Assembly: GCA_963662665.2 (NCBI GenBank)
Contig: CAXXJS010000053.1
Coordinates: forward strand, 1 to 64,000
Direction: 5' to 3'
DNA: 64,000 nucleotides
Source: Candidatus Latescibacterota bacterium
GTDB taxonomy: Bacteria; Latescibacterota; UBA2968; GCA-2709665
Shown: positions 9,881-20,603 of the stretch, piece after piece
Layout: every line of letters begins with the position of its first letter
Numbering within the stretch: position 1 is the stretch's first letter
Program-made: the position numbers and the translations under genes
The notes under the pieces: generated by a model
Told to the model about the DNA's origin: nothing
What the model saw: only the letters and a program-made list of their open reading frames with translations
Databases searched by the model: none

Positions 9881-10804
9881 TTACTGCGGGACTGCAATCA
9901 TCCGGATATCTGAAGGCGCATTCCAGGCCGGCGTCCAGGTAAGGCCCCGGTCCAGGCTGCCAAAAAGCGTGGCGTCCACGACCGACCAGGCGCGGCCGTC
10001 GGGCGTGAATGCAACGTGAAAGGTATCGATGTTGCCCGCTGTGGTATCGGGAAATCCGTCCGTGACGTGAGACCAGTTGCGGCCGGCGTTTTCGGTCCGG
10101 TAGAGTTGTCCGCTGGCGTTTCCGTGGGGCCCCGTGCTGACCGAGGCGAGAATACAATCCGGATCTTCCGGGTGCACGGCAATGGCGCGGCCATAAAAAT
10201 AGGGAAAGCCCTCGGGACGGTGTTGCCATGACTTTCCGCGGTCGCGGCTGAGGTACACGGCACGGGCCGTGTTCGCGTAGACCAGGTCGTCTTCCCGGGG
10301 CGACGTGGCCACCTGGTGAACGTCCTGGTGCAGGTCCAGGGTGACGGGTTCCCAGGTGCGGCCCTGGTCGGGAGACCGCATGATGCTGCCCACGTGAATG
10401 TCGGCATAGACCCACCCGTCCCGCGTACGGGCCAGGCTCCGTACGGCCGCGGGTCCTCCCCAGGGAGTGTACCAATCCTCGCGGCATTCAAGCGCATCGA
10501 AGGAGGCCAGGCGCTTGGTTCCGTCTTCCGATACGGCATAAACGTGAGGGCCTTCCACGCCCACGAGGAAGCGCACCGGTTCTTCTTCAAGGACAAGCAG
10601 GCACTCTATAGGTTCTTTAATGCCGGTGGAGAGGGTCCGCGATCCGTTTTGCGACAGGACGGCGATCTCCCCGTCCTGCAGTGCCGCAAGCCCAACGGAC
10701 CGTCCTTCCGCAATTCCCTGTACCACGCCGCGTTCAATTAGACGATTCGGTGCAGAACCGTCTCCATTCATGTCAAAGACAGTTTCCCGGGTGGCGATCA
10801 ACAT
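9881..10804 (-). CDS. BNR/Asp-box repeat beta-propeller protein
   Basis: Repeated S/T-x-D-x-G-x-T/S-W boxes (SPDQGRTW, SRDRGKSW, TENAGRNW, SLDRGLTW); GAAAGGAG RBS. Confidence 0.8.
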   Translation of the reverse strand: MLIATRETVFDMNGDGSAPNRLIERGVVQGIAEGRSVGLAALQDGEIAVLSQNGSRTLSTGIKEPIECLLVLEEEPVRFLVGVEGPHVYAVSEDGTKRLASFDALECREDWYTPWGGPAAVRSLARTRDGWVYADIHVGSIMRSPDQGRTWEPVTLDLHQDVHQVATSPREDDLVYANTARAVYLSRDRGKSWQHRPEGFPYFYGRAIAVHPEDPDCILASVSTGPHGNASGQLYRTENAGRNWSHVTDGFPDTTAGNIDTFHVAFTPDGRAWSVVDATLFGSLDRGLTWTPAWNAPSDIRMIAVPQ

Positions 10805-10886
10805 ACCGACTCCTTTCGCGCAACGTAGAGCGGGCCGAATTCGGTTCCGGCCGGATTCCTTCATGCTGAAACGTGGCGGGTGATTC

Positions 10887-11951
10887 TCAGAAATAGCGGA
10901 TATTGCGGCCGCCGTCCCGCAGCGGCAGGTCGACCGAACGGTGTTCCGCCGCGGCGCGATTCCAGGCCAGGCAGAGTTCCAGCACGTTTCGGGCGTGTTC
11001 CGGCGTCACGTCCAGGGGATGGCCGTCCCGGACGGCGTGGACGAAGCGCTCTACCGCAGCGTCGATGGTGTCGTTCTGGGCGCGGTAAAACACACGGGGA
11101 GCGCCCTTGTCGTCCTTGTGCCAGACAATGCCTTCCATCATATCCAGATGCGCGCGGGCGATGCCCTCGGTGCCCACCACTTCCATTTCCCATGCCGGGG
11201 CGCCGCAACTGACGTTGAAGATGATGTCCATGGAACCCATACGCCCGTCTTCGAACCGGACGGTTCCCTTGCCTGTGTCCATCCAGATGCTGTGCGGGGT
11301 GGCCAGGTTGTCGTATTCGGCATAGGCGCGGACAGCTCTTGAATCGATGAGCCAGAGCAGCAGGTCCGCGGCGTAGACGCCCAGCGAAAGCCCGATGCCA
11401 CCCTGTTCCGGGCCGAATTCCCCGCTGCCGTCGAAGATCATTCCGGGGCCGAAACAGCCGTGTTGGATCCAGGCCCTCGCGGTGATGACGCGTCCGACGG
11501 CGCCTTCCTGAACCCGTGTTCCCATCGCGCGGATGGCGCCGTCTTCCCGTCCGGGCAACAGGGCGGACAACCGCACGTTGTTGCGCCCGGCCGCGGCGAT
11601 CATCGCGTCGGCGCCGGCGAGAGTCATACACATGGGTTTGCTGATGAACGCGTGGGCGCCCGCGTCCATTGCGTTGGCCGCCTGCTCCGGTTTCAGGCTG
11701 TCCGGGCATGTAACGAAGACAAGGTCCAGGGACTCGGCGCGAACCATCTCGGTCACTGTAGAATACGCCCGGATGCCGTATTGGGCGCCGAATGTCTCTT
11801 TGGACTTCATACCGAGACTGCCGAGCGTTTCGTCGCTCTGATCCAGATGGGCGTACGCCGCCAGTTCGATATCGGGGTTCCGATTCGCGGTTCGGGCAAA
11901 CGCGTTCGAGTAGAAGGATCCGATGCCGCATACGCCCGCTTTCAGCGACAT
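10887..11951 (-). CDS. Gfo/Idh/MocA family oxidoreductase
   Basis: GVCGIG Rossmann start, AFISKPM motif. Confidence 0.85.
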   Translation of the reverse strand: MSLKAGVCGIGSFYSNAFARTANRNPDIELAAYAHLDQSDETLGSLGMKSKETFGAQYGIRAYSTVTEMVRAESLDLVFVTCPDSLKPEQAANAMDAGAHAFISKPMCMTLAGADAMIAAAGRNNVRLSALLPGREDGAIRAMGTRVQEGAVGRVITARAWIQHGCFGPGMIFDGSGEFGPEQGGIGLSLGVYAADLLLWLIDSRAVRAYAEYDNLATPHSIWMDTGKGTVRFEDGRMGSMDIIFNVSCGAPAWEMEVVGTEGIARAHLDMMEGIVWHKDDKGAPRVFYRAQNDTIDAAVERFVHAVRDGHPLDVTPEHARNVLELCLAWNRAAAEHRSVDLPLRDGGRNIRYF

Positions 11952-12169
11952 AATTTCGAGTTCCCCATTGTTGGTGATTGATGGCGCGGATTAACCGGCT
12001 TGACGATCTGCGAATCCCCGCCCGCGCCATGCGCGGCGCCGGGATTCGCGGGAGGGTATTCATGCCAAAAACAGGGGCATTGTCAAGCGCAATCGTACGC
12101 GCACGTGGTTTTGCAGGTTTGCAGGGAATCACCGCGCATTCGGCAGATAAAATGTCATCGGGAGGTTGA

Positions 12170-13612
12170 ATGAGCGCTGTTGAAGCAGGAATACGGCTGG
12201 ATGTGTCGGACGGGGCGCGTTTGCTTGCCGGCCATTCGTCGTCTATAAGGGAAATCGACAATCGCCTGCGCGAAATCCATGAGCTGTTTTCTCTGGAGGG
12301 TGCGCTCCCGACCCATACTCTTGCGCGTTACGGACGCGCCTGGACGCGCAGCCATCTGCAGGAAGGGGACCTCAGACAGGTGGTCGACCTCGCGGACCGC
12401 GCCAGGGAGGAATGCGCCGTGCTGGTTACGATCGGCATTGGAGGGTCCGACCTTGGTGCGCGGGTCTTCCACGACGTACTCAACCCCGCCTACCACAATC
12501 TCCTGTCCGCGGATGAACGCGGGGGGGCGCCGGAAGTCTACTTCGCGGGGGATACGTTCGACCCACGCCGGCTCCGGGCGTTGCTGGACATGCTGACCCG
12601 GCGTGGATTAATGGACAGGACCCTGTTCAACGTGGTCAGCAAATCAGGGCGAACGGGCGAGACCATCAGCGCGTTGATGGTCGTCCGTGACTGGTTATCG
12701 CGGTACATGCCTCGCAGCACGAAAGACTGGCGTAGCCACATTGTAGCGACAACCGGACCGGACGCGCAAAGCGCGCTCTATAAATTGCACAGGCACAAGG
12801 CATTCTACGGCGATGCGCCGTTGCCCGTTCCCGAGGGCGTCGGAGGAAGGTTTTCGGCGTTCTCGCCCGTGGGGACGTTCTTACTTGCGATGACGGCTGG
12901 CACGGAGACGTCCACCGGAACGCGCGTACAGGAAGTGCTGGACGGGGCGCGTTGGGCACACGCGCGCTGGGCTCTGGACTGGCAGGAAGAACGAAATATC
13001 GCCTGGCGCCTCGCCCGGTGGCTGCACGTCCATGAACGTTGCGGCGGGAAGCAGGCGCTGGTATTCTACAACTACGCGGACAATCGCCGGCCTGGAGACT
13101 GGTTCCAGCAGCTTTACGACGAGTCGCTGCAGGAGCGCGGATCCGGCCTTCACGTCGTTCCCGCCACCGGACCCGCCGGCAACCATTCCGTTCTGAACGG
13201 GATCGTCGGCGGTCGTGCGGACCGGGCCGTCCTGTTCGTGCATTGGGAAGATCTGGGGCGCGATGCGAAAATTCCGGAAGGTGCGGAGATCGGAGGCGAG
13301 ATGGCGGCATTCGGGGGTCTCCGGATGAGCCAGGCGCAATTGGCGTCGTTTTGCGGTGCGGCACGGGACTTTACCGCACGTGGGATTCCGGTTGCGACGC
13401 TGCACGTGGCCAGACGGGACGAGAGGCATCTTGGCGCGCTGATGCGCGTGCTGATGGATGCGGTCGCGGTTAAGGGGCGGCTGCAGGGCCTGCACGTCAA
13501 CGATGACGGAGAGATCGATCCGGCCGGCGATCTTACGTATTCGCAGGACGGGGTCGAAGGATACAAACTGCGAACGCGCGAACTCGCGCTTCAAATGAAA
13601 TCCCGGTGTTGA
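12170..13612 (+). CDS. pgi: Glucose-6-phosphate isomerase-like protein (divergent)
   Basis: GIGGSDLG, VSKSGRTGET, GGRFS, QQLYDES, GNHS, QDGVEGYK. Confidence 0.8.
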   Translation: MSAVEAGIRLDVSDGARLLAGHSSSIREIDNRLREIHELFSLEGALPTHTLARYGRAWTRSHLQEGDLRQVVDLADRAREECAVLVTIGIGGSDLGARVFHDVLNPAYHNLLSADERGGAPEVYFAGDTFDPRRLRALLDMLTRRGLMDRTLFNVVSKSGRTGETISALMVVRDWLSRYMPRSTKDWRSHIVATTGPDAQSALYKLHRHKAFYGDAPLPVPEGVGGRFSAFSPVGTFLLAMTAGTETSTGTRVQEVLDGARWAHARWALDWQEERNIAWRLARWLHVHERCGGKQALVFYNYADNRRPGDWFQQLYDESLQERGSGLHVVPATGPAGNHSVLNGIVGGRADRAVLFVHWEDLGRDAKIPEGAEIGGEMAAFGGLRMSQAQLASFCGAARDFTARGIPVATLHVARRDERHLGALMRVLMDAVAVKGRLQGLHVNDDGEIDPAGDLTYSQDGVEGYKLRTRELALQMKSRC

Positions 13613-13741
13613 GGCGACGGCGCAGAACGCGGAGGGTTTGCCGGACAGCCCGCGCCGCGCTTCCGGTTGTGCCGTCTTTTCGATCTGACTATCTTGACGG
13701 ATAACGCGGTTTTTTCAATTAGAAAGAAAAGGAGTTGAAAA

Positions 13742-15919
13742 ATGGCGGTTGAGATTGGCGGCTTGAGGGTCAACGAGATCCTGTACAATCTGGTCAGAGA
13801 TGAGATAGCCCCGGGCACTGAGGTGGACCCGGACGCGTTCTGGACGGCGCTGGGAGCGATCGTCCGGGAGCTGGGTCCCGGAAATCGGGAACTGCTGGAA
13901 AAGCGGGACGATATGCAGGAGAAGATAGACCGGTGGTACCGGGCGAGGAAGGGCGGGTCCATTAACCGGGAGGCGTATCGCGCGTTCCTGACGGAAATCG
14001 GGTATCTGGCGCCGGAGGGCGACCATTTCGAACTGACCACGGCCAATGTAGACCCGGAAATCGCGGCAGTGGCCGGGCCCCAACTGGTGGTTCCGGTGGA
14101 CAACGCCAGGTACGCGCTGAACGCGGCGAACGCGCGTTGGGGAAGCCTGTACGACGCCCTTTATGGTACGGACGTCATACCCGAGGAGCCCGGCGCCGAG
14201 AAGGGTGAAGCTTACAATCCGGCACGGGGGGCGAGGGTGATCGCCGCGGCCGAGGCGTTTATTGACGACGCTGCGGGTCTGGCATCCGGCCGATATTCCA
14301 ACGTGACGGACTTCGCCCTGGAGGACGTGGACGGGATTCAGCGGCTCGTTGCAACGTTGCAGGATGGCCGGACGGTTGGCCTGGCGAATCCCGGGCAATT
14401 CCGCGGATATCGCTCGGGCGCCGGCGGACTTGAGGGTGTGTTGCTGGAAAACAACGGTCTTCATGTCGAGATCCGGATCGACCGGAACCATCCGGTAGGC
14501 GCCGCGCACCCTGCGGGCGTGAGAGACGTGCTGCTGGAGGCCGCTGTGACAACCATCCAGGATTGCGAGGATTCGGTATCTGCCGTGGACGCCGAGGACA
14601 AGGCGCTGGTATACGGAAATTGGAACGGCATTATGCGGGGCACGTTGGAGACGACCTTTGAGAAGGGCGGTGACGCTGTAACGCGGCGGCTGAATCCGGA
14701 CCTTGAATTCACGGCGCCGGATGGCGCGACGATTACCCTTCCGGGCCGCAGCCTCCTTCTGGTACGAAACGTAGGCATTCATATGTACACCGATAGCGTG
14801 ACCACCAGCGACGGTGAGGAGATTCCCGAAGGGTTTCTGGACGCGATGGTTACCGCGCTCGCGGCCAAACACGACCTGAAGCGACAGGGCAGAATCGTCA
14901 ACAGCCGCGCGGGCAGCATCTACATTGTGAAACCCAAACTGCACGGGTCCGGGGAGGTCGCTGCAACGATCGACCTTTTCGAGCGCGTGGAATCGTCCCT
15001 CGGTCTGGAGCGAAATACCATCAAGATCGGCATTATGGATGAAGAACGAAGGACCACGGTGAATCTGAAAGCGGCGATCCGTGAAGCGCGGGACCGTGTG
15101 GTGTTCATCAATACCGGTTTTCTTGACAGGACTGGCGATGAGATCCACACGAGCATGGAAGCCGGTCCGATGCATCCAAAGGCGGACATCAGGGCGCAAC
15201 CCTGGCTTGCCGCCTACGAGGACTGGAACGTGGACGTGGGGCTGGAAACCGGTTTCAGCGGCCGGGGGCAGATCGGAAAAGGGATGTGGACAATGCCCGA
15301 CGAGATGCGCGACATGGTGGAAACCAAGATGGGACATCCGCAGTCGGGGGCGAGCACCGCGTGGGTGCCGTCTCCCACCGCGGCGGTTCTGCACGCCATG
15401 CACTATCACCGGCTGGACGTCGCGGCCATGCAGGCGGTACTTGCCCGGCGGGAGCGGGCGTGTCTGGACGAAATACTGACGCCGCCGCTGCTGGATCGGG
15501 AGTTATCGGCGGACGAAATCCAGCGGGAGCTGGATAACAACGCTCAGGGAATTCTGGGATACGTCGTGCGTTGGGTGGACCACGGCGTGGGCTGCTCGAA
15601 AGTGCTCGATATGAACGACGTCGGACTGATGGAGGACCGCGCGACGTTACGCATTTCCAGCCAGCATATCGCCAACTGGCTGCGCCATGGGATCGTGAGC
15701 GAAGCCCAGGTTCAGGCGGCTTTCGAGAAGATGGCCGGGATGGTTGACGAACAGAACGGTGACGATCCGGATTATCGGAACATGGCGCCGGACTTCGAAC
15801 GAAGCATCGCGTTTCAGGCGGCGTTGGATCTGGTTTTCGAGGGCATGGCGGAGCCGAACGGTTACACCGAACGGGTCCTCCACCAGCGGCGGCGTCAGGT
15901 GAAAGCAGCCGTCAGCTAA
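13742..15919 (+). CDS. glcB: Malate synthase G
   Basis: 725 aa; [48 protein letters not shown]. Confidence 0.97.
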   Translation: MAVEIGGLRVNEILYNLVRDEIAPGTEVDPDAFWTALGAIVRELGPGNRELLEKRDDMQEKIDRWYRARKGGSINREAYRAFLTEIGYLAPEGDHFELTTANVDPEIAAVAGPQLVVPVDNARYALNAANARWGSLYDALYGTDVIPEEPGAEKGEAYNPARGARVIAAAEAFIDDAAGLASGRYSNVTDFALEDVDGIQRLVATLQDGRTVGLANPGQFRGYRSGAGGLEGVLLENNGLHVEIRIDRNHPVGAAHPAGVRDVLLEAAVTTIQDCEDSVSAVDAEDKALVYGNWNGIMRGTLETTFEKGGDAVTRRLNPDLEFTAPDGATITLPGRSLLLVRNVGIHMYTDSVTTSDGEEIPEGFLDAMVTALAAKHDLKRQGRIVNSRAGSIYIVKPKLHGSGEVAATIDLFERVESSLGLERNTIKIGIMDEERRTTVNLKAAIREARDRVVFINTGFLDRTGDEIHTSMEAGPMHPKADIRAQPWLAAYEDWNVDVGLETGFSGRGQIGKGMWTMPDEMRDMVETKMGHPQSGASTAWVPSPTAAVLHAMHYHRLDVAAMQAVLARRERACLDEILTPPLLDRELSADEIQRELDNNAQGILGYVVRWVDHGVGCSKVLDMNDVGLMEDRATLRISSQHIANWLRHGIVSEAQVQAAFEKMAGMVDEQNGDDPDYRNMAPDFERSIAFQAALDLVFEGMAEPNGYTERVLHQRRRQVKAAVS

Positions 15920-15990
15920 AGGCAAAAACCAAATTCAAAGTCCACTTCTCCCCAAATTCCCTGCCTACGGCGTGTTCCTTAAAACCGGGA

Positions 15991-16119
15991 AGACGCAAGA
16001 CGGGAGAGGGTAGAGATTTCCTGCACTGTGAGGTTTCGTTTCGTGCCGGAGGCAAGAAGGAATAAAATAGCGGGCAGGGATTTCTTCTACCGGCTTCCCT
16101 CTACCTTCTTACCGCCTTT
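15991..16119 (+). repeat. ~130 bp dispersed repeat with heptamer-repeat arms, copy 1
   Basis: Shares core GGTTTCRTTTCSTGCCGGAGGCA..AAGGAA with 40958-41089 and reverse complement of 35864-35979. Confidence 0.7.
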
Positions 16120-16387
16120 GGAATAGTCGCCGCTGGGCGCGGGGCCTGCCATATGCACAGCGCGAATTACCTCACGGGACGCACCGGAATATCTGCCCTG
16201 CCAGCGACAAGAGAACAATGATCCTCAGTGCGGGACGGAACCGCGCGCTCTGCTTTGATCTCGCTCTGGAATGGCAGTACGAAATCTGCCTGGATCTCTG
16301 AATGCGAGCAGCAATTGGGTATCAGAATCCAGTCAGGACCGGTTAGCGTTACGGCCTGGCGATATCAATTCGCGGATGACCGGATCT

Positions 16388-16412
16388 TGTAGGGGCGGTT
16401 CACGAACCGCCC
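16388..16412 (+). repeat. REP-like palindrome (GTAGGGGC family)
   Basis: tgtaggggcggttcacgaaccgccc; relatives near 5348, 51515, 52875. Confidence 0.6.
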
Positions 16413-16829
16413 GCCTTGTGGCCCTTCAAGTTTGTCCCCGCGCCACGCGGTGGTGGCGTGGGGGCTTTTCCGCGCTATTCCGTTCAGCAACTTCGACTTG
16501 GATGGCCTGTGGCGATGGAAGGGCAACATCGTACACGTTCTCCATTGTGGTGGTTCGCGGAAAAGCAGCCCCGCGGCGTTTGAGCGGCGCCGTTCTTTTT
16601 GGTCCTATTTCTTTGGCGAGAAAGAAAAAGGACGTAAAAAAATAAAAAACAATAAGATGCAAGAAAGATGACCTCATAGGCCTCGAGTGCAACCGAGCAT
16701 CTTGTTACACTTAATTAGCCCTTTCCACTGGTAGACGTTTGTTCATTGACTTTTGTCCTGCGGCAATTAACTTTGTAGACGTTTTTTGACGATTTTCGGC
16801 GCGACAATCGAAAATGAGGAGGGCATTGT

Positions 16830-19016
16830 ATGCAGGCCGCAGGCGAGTTGAAATCCGTCGGGCAACGGGTGGCCAGGCTGAACGGACCGGATATCGTGAC
16901 CGGGCGGATTCAGTATGCAGACGATATCCAGCTTCCGGGCATGTTGTACGGCCGCATCCTGCGCAGCCCGCACGGTCACGCGCGAATTCGGAAGATCGAT
17001 ACCTCTCCAGCCAGAAAGCTGCCCGGGGTAGTGGACGTGGTGTGCGGGCAGGACGTGCCGGACCTGTCGATTTTCGAATCCGAGGAGGTCTGCTACCAGG
17101 GTCAGAAGGTGGCGGCCGTTGCTGCCGTGGATCCGGATATCGCAGAGGACGCCCTTGCGTTGATCGAGGTGGACTATGAAGTGTTGCCCGCGGTTGTGGA
17201 TCCCGTGGACGCGATGGACCCGGACGCTCCGGAGGCCGTCCTGGGGGCGCCGACAGAGGACGTAAAGGCCCCGGACGGACGCAGATTGAGGAACGTAACG
17301 GCCTACAACGTGTTGGAGGAGGGCGACGTCGAGCGAGGCTTCGCCCAGGCGGACGCGGTTGTCGAGGCGGAATACCAGGTACCCTTTTTCAATCAGACTT
17401 ACATGGAGCCGAATGCGGCCACGGCCCGCGTGGAGGCGGACGGGCGGCTGACTGTCTGGGCCGCCGGTCAGGGCACGTTCACCAAGAGGGAAGGCCTTGC
17501 AGAGGCGCTGAACATTCCCGAGGGGCGCATACGCGTGATCATGACCGAAACCGGCGGGAGCTTCGGCGGGAAGAACCGGATCAATATCGAGGCGCATACG
17601 GCCCTTTTGGCCATACGCACGGGCCGCCCCGTGAAGGTGACGATAAACCGCGGGGAAGACTTCCGCGACAGCCGCCCGGGGCCGGGTTGCTGGGTACGGC
17701 TGAAAACAGGAGCGCGCAAAGACGGGACGCTTACGGCCGTTGATGGGCGAATCGTATGGGACGGCGGTCTTCTGGGCAGCGGTGGAGCCGCCAACCGGCT
17801 GCTGGGACCCTACAGGATTCCGAATTTCAGGCTGGAAGGCATGGCCGTGCGAACGAACAAACCGGGCCCGGGCGCGTATCGGGCGCCGGGTGGACCGCAG
17901 ACGGCGCTTGCGAGGGAGTCCAACCTGGACATGGTAGCCCATAAGCTGGGGATCGACCCCGTGGAGATCCGTTTGAAGAACGGGCTTGGCAAGGGTGATC
18001 AACCGCTTATACAGCACGATTGGCTGAAAGACACCATCCGAAAAACCGCGGAGACCGCGGGATGGGGCCAACGCGAACTGAAACCCAACCAGGGCATGGG
18101 AATCGCGGTGGGAGACTGGCACAACGCGTCCGGGCCGACGAACGCCTTTGTGACGATGTCGGCGGATGGTTCGCTGGCCCTCGTGACCGGCCAGGTGGAC
18201 ATCACGGGTCTGCATACGGTGATGGCGCAGGTTGTGGCCGAGGAACTGGGCGTACCAGTCGAGAAGGTGACTGTCCGGCTGGGAGATACCGACACGGTGC
18301 CCTACGCGTCGTTGAGCGCGGGAAGCAAAGCGGCTTATTCAGCCGGTACTGCAGCGCGAGAGGCTGCCCGCGAGGCCAGACAACAGTTGCTGAAAATGGC
18401 CGCCGAAAAGCTGGAAGCCGCCGTGGATGACCTGGTCATCGCGGATCAGCATGTGCATATCGTGGGTTCACCGGACCTGGCGATCGGCCTGGGCGAACTG
18501 GCCGCCGAAGCGATGGAGTCCAGTGGGGCGATCAACGGCCGGTGCGTGTTGAGCAGCATCCCCACCTATCCCTCGTATTCGGTAAACGTCGCCACCGTGG
18601 AGGTGGACACCGGTACGGGGCAGGTGCGGCTGCTCGATCTTGTGGCCGGCCAGGACGTGGGCCGTGCGCTCAATCCCCTGCTCGTGGAGGGTCAGATGCA
18701 GGGCGGCGCCATCCAGTCCATCGGTTTCGGACTCATGGAGGGGTACCGGTACGACGAAAACGGCCGGATGCTGAATCCCAACCTGCTGGACTACGCAATC
18801 CCAACGGCACTGGACGTGCCGAATATAAAGACGGTTATGGTTGAGGACCCTTGCGAGCACGGACCCTACGGGGGGAAGGGCGTGGGTGAACCGCCCATCA
18901 TTCCGGGAGGCGCGGCGGTTGCCAACGCGATCTACGACGCGGTTGGCGCCAGGGTCCGCGAACTGCCCATGACGCCGGAGCGGGTGGTGGCGGCGTTGCA
19001 CGAAGCTGGAAAATGA
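16830..19016 (+). CDS. Molybdenum hydroxylase (xanthine dehydrogenase/CoxL family) molybdopterin-binding subunit
   Basis: ILRSPHGHARI, GGSFGGK, YRAPG, EGQMQGG, GKGVGEPP. Confidence 0.93.
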   Translation: MQAAGELKSVGQRVARLNGPDIVTGRIQYADDIQLPGMLYGRILRSPHGHARIRKIDTSPARKLPGVVDVVCGQDVPDLSIFESEEVCYQGQKVAAVAAVDPDIAEDALALIEVDYEVLPAVVDPVDAMDPDAPEAVLGAPTEDVKAPDGRRLRNVTAYNVLEEGDVERGFAQADAVVEAEYQVPFFNQTYMEPNAATARVEADGRLTVWAAGQGTFTKREGLAEALNIPEGRIRVIMTETGGSFGGKNRINIEAHTALLAIRTGRPVKVTINRGEDFRDSRPGPGCWVRLKTGARKDGTLTAVDGRIVWDGGLLGSGGAANRLLGPYRIPNFRLEGMAVRTNKPGPGAYRAPGGPQTALARESNLDMVAHKLGIDPVEIRLKNGLGKGDQPLIQHDWLKDTIRKTAETAGWGQRELKPNQGMGIAVGDWHNASGPTNAFVTMSADGSLALVTGQVDITGLHTVMAQVVAEELGVPVEKVTVRLGDTDTVPYASLSAGSKAAYSAGTAAREAAREARQQLLKMAAEKLEAAVDDLVIADQHVHIVGSPDLAIGLGELAAEAMESSGAINGRCVLSSIPTYPSYSVNVATVEVDTGTGQVRLLDLVAGQDVGRALNPLLVEGQMQGGAIQSIGFGLMEGYRYDENGRMLNPNLLDYAIPTALDVPNIKTVMVEDPCEHGPYGGKGVGEPPIIPGGAAVANAIYDAVGARVRELPMTPERVVAALHEAGK

Positions 19017-19037
19017 AGGGTAGAGGAGGTTGAGATC

Positions 19038-19934
19038 GTGAATCGATTCGAATATTTCGCGCCTGGAACCGTTCGGGAGGCGGCGGATGTGCTGCAGGCC
19101 CATCCTCAGGCAAAGTTGCTGGCCGGAGGCACCGACCTGCTTGTACAGATGAAAGAGCGGGCGCGAACCCCGGACACACTTGTGGATATCCGGCGGATCC
19201 CCGGTGCGAATGAACTGTGCTTTGACAGCAAGACCGGACTCAGTATCGGGGCGGCCGTGACCATGCGCCAGGTGGAACTCATGCCGGCGGCGCAAATTCA
19301 TTGCGCGGGTCTCGCTGAGGGGGCTCGTGTGGTGGGTTCCTTCCAGATCCGGAACCTCGCTACCATCGTGGGCAATATCTGCAATGCCGCACCATCCGCG
19401 GATACCGCGCCGGGTTTGATCGTCCAGGGTGCACAGGTGAAGATTGCGGGTCCGGATGGGCTGCGTGAGATGCTTGTGGAGAATTTCATGACCGGTCCCG
19501 GTCGGACCGCACTCGAGACGGGCGAATTCGTGACAGGCATTCGCGTGCCGGCGCCGTCCCCGCGAACCGGATCGGCTTACGTCAGGCACACTCCCAGAGG
19601 CGCAATGGATATTGCGATGGTGGGTGTTGGCGCGGCGGTTACGCTGGCGCCGCGCACCCGCAATTGCCAGGATGCGCGCATCGTGCTGGGCGCCGTGGCG
19701 CCCACGCCCCTGCGTGCGAGGGCCGCCGAGCGCTTGCTGAAAGGACAACGATTGACCGAGGCCCTGATCGCGGAGGCGGCTGAAGCGGCGGCGGAAGAAG
19801 CCCGGCCCATCAGCGACGTACGTGGATCCGCGGCATTCAGGCGCGAAATGGTGCGGGTGCTGACGGCGAGGATGGTGGCGGCGGCATCCGGAAATGCGCA
19901 GGACCGGTCGGGATCGGCAAGGAGGGCGGCATGA
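19038..19934 (+). CDS. Molybdenum hydroxylase FAD-binding subunit (CoxM/CutM-like)
   Basis: AGGTDL, IRNLATIVGNICNAAPSAD, PISDVRGS. Confidence 0.93.
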   Translation: MNRFEYFAPGTVREAADVLQAHPQAKLLAGGTDLLVQMKERARTPDTLVDIRRIPGANELCFDSKTGLSIGAAVTMRQVELMPAAQIHCAGLAEGARVVGSFQIRNLATIVGNICNAAPSADTAPGLIVQGAQVKIAGPDGLREMLVENFMTGPGRTALETGEFVTGIRVPAPSPRTGSAYVRHTPRGAMDIAMVGVGAAVTLAPRTRNCQDARIVLGAVAPTPLRARAAERLLKGQRLTEALIAEAAEAAAEEARPISDVRGSAAFRREMVRVLTARMVAAASGNAQDRSGSARRAA

Positions 19935-20428
19935 ACCATGAGATCAAATTGAACGTCAACGGCACGGTCTATGACCTGTCCCTGGAGCCGCGTAAGACAC
20001 TACTGGCCGTTTTGAGGGACCGCCTCGGGCTCACCGGCACCAAGGAGGGATGCTCCACGGGCGACTGCGGCGCCTGTACAGTGCTGATTGACGGCGAGCC
20101 CGTAACGTCGTGCCTTGTGCTGGCGGTTGCCGCCGACGGCCGGGAGATTACAACGGTGGAAGGCATCTCGGACGTTGACGCGCTGCATCCTGTCCAGGAG
20201 GCAATGGTGAGTACGGGAGGTCTGCAGTGCGGATTTTGCACGCCAGGGATCATTGTCTCGTCGTACGGGCTTCTACGGAAGACCGCGGCGCCTTCCGAGG
20301 AGGAGATCAGGCGGGCGCTGGCCGGCAATCTCTGTCGCTGCACGGGGTATACGAAAGTCGTGGAGGCCGTACAGGAAGCCGCGAAGCGAATGGCTGGAAA
20401 GAAGGGCGGGAAACGGACTGCCGCGTAG
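19931..20428 (+). CDS. Molybdenum hydroxylase 2Fe-2S subunit (CoxS-like)
   Basis: GCSTGDCGACTV, QCGFCTPG, GNLCRCTGY; ATGA overlap with previous gene. Confidence 0.95.
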   Translation: MNHEIKLNVNGTVYDLSLEPRKTLLAVLRDRLGLTGTKEGCSTGDCGACTVLIDGEPVTSCLVLAVAADGREITTVEGISDVDALHPVQEAMVSTGGLQCGFCTPGIIVSSYGLLRKTAAPSEEEIRRALAGNLCRCTGYTKVVEAVQEAAKRMAGKKGGKRTAA

Positions 20429-20603
20429 TCGGATGGATTCTCCCGGATGATTCCAGAGTTGCAGAGCGCGCCGCGTCAGATGACGCGGCGTCGTTCGATT
20501 TCGGAAGGCGGGTTACGGGTGGATTGTTCCGGGAAGATATCCAACCTGACGATTCCGGAACGGACGTCGAGGGCTGAATCGGTACAGGAGGACCGACGGG
20601 TCT

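Noticed and set aside
16271-16692. ORFs between glcB and the Mo-hydroxylase
   Set aside because: Overlap REP-like and T-rich repeats; no recognisable protein features.
16830-20428. Aerobic CO dehydrogenase (coxLMS)
   Set aside because: Lacks the AYRCSFR motif and cox accessory genes; kept as a generic Mo-hydroxylase.
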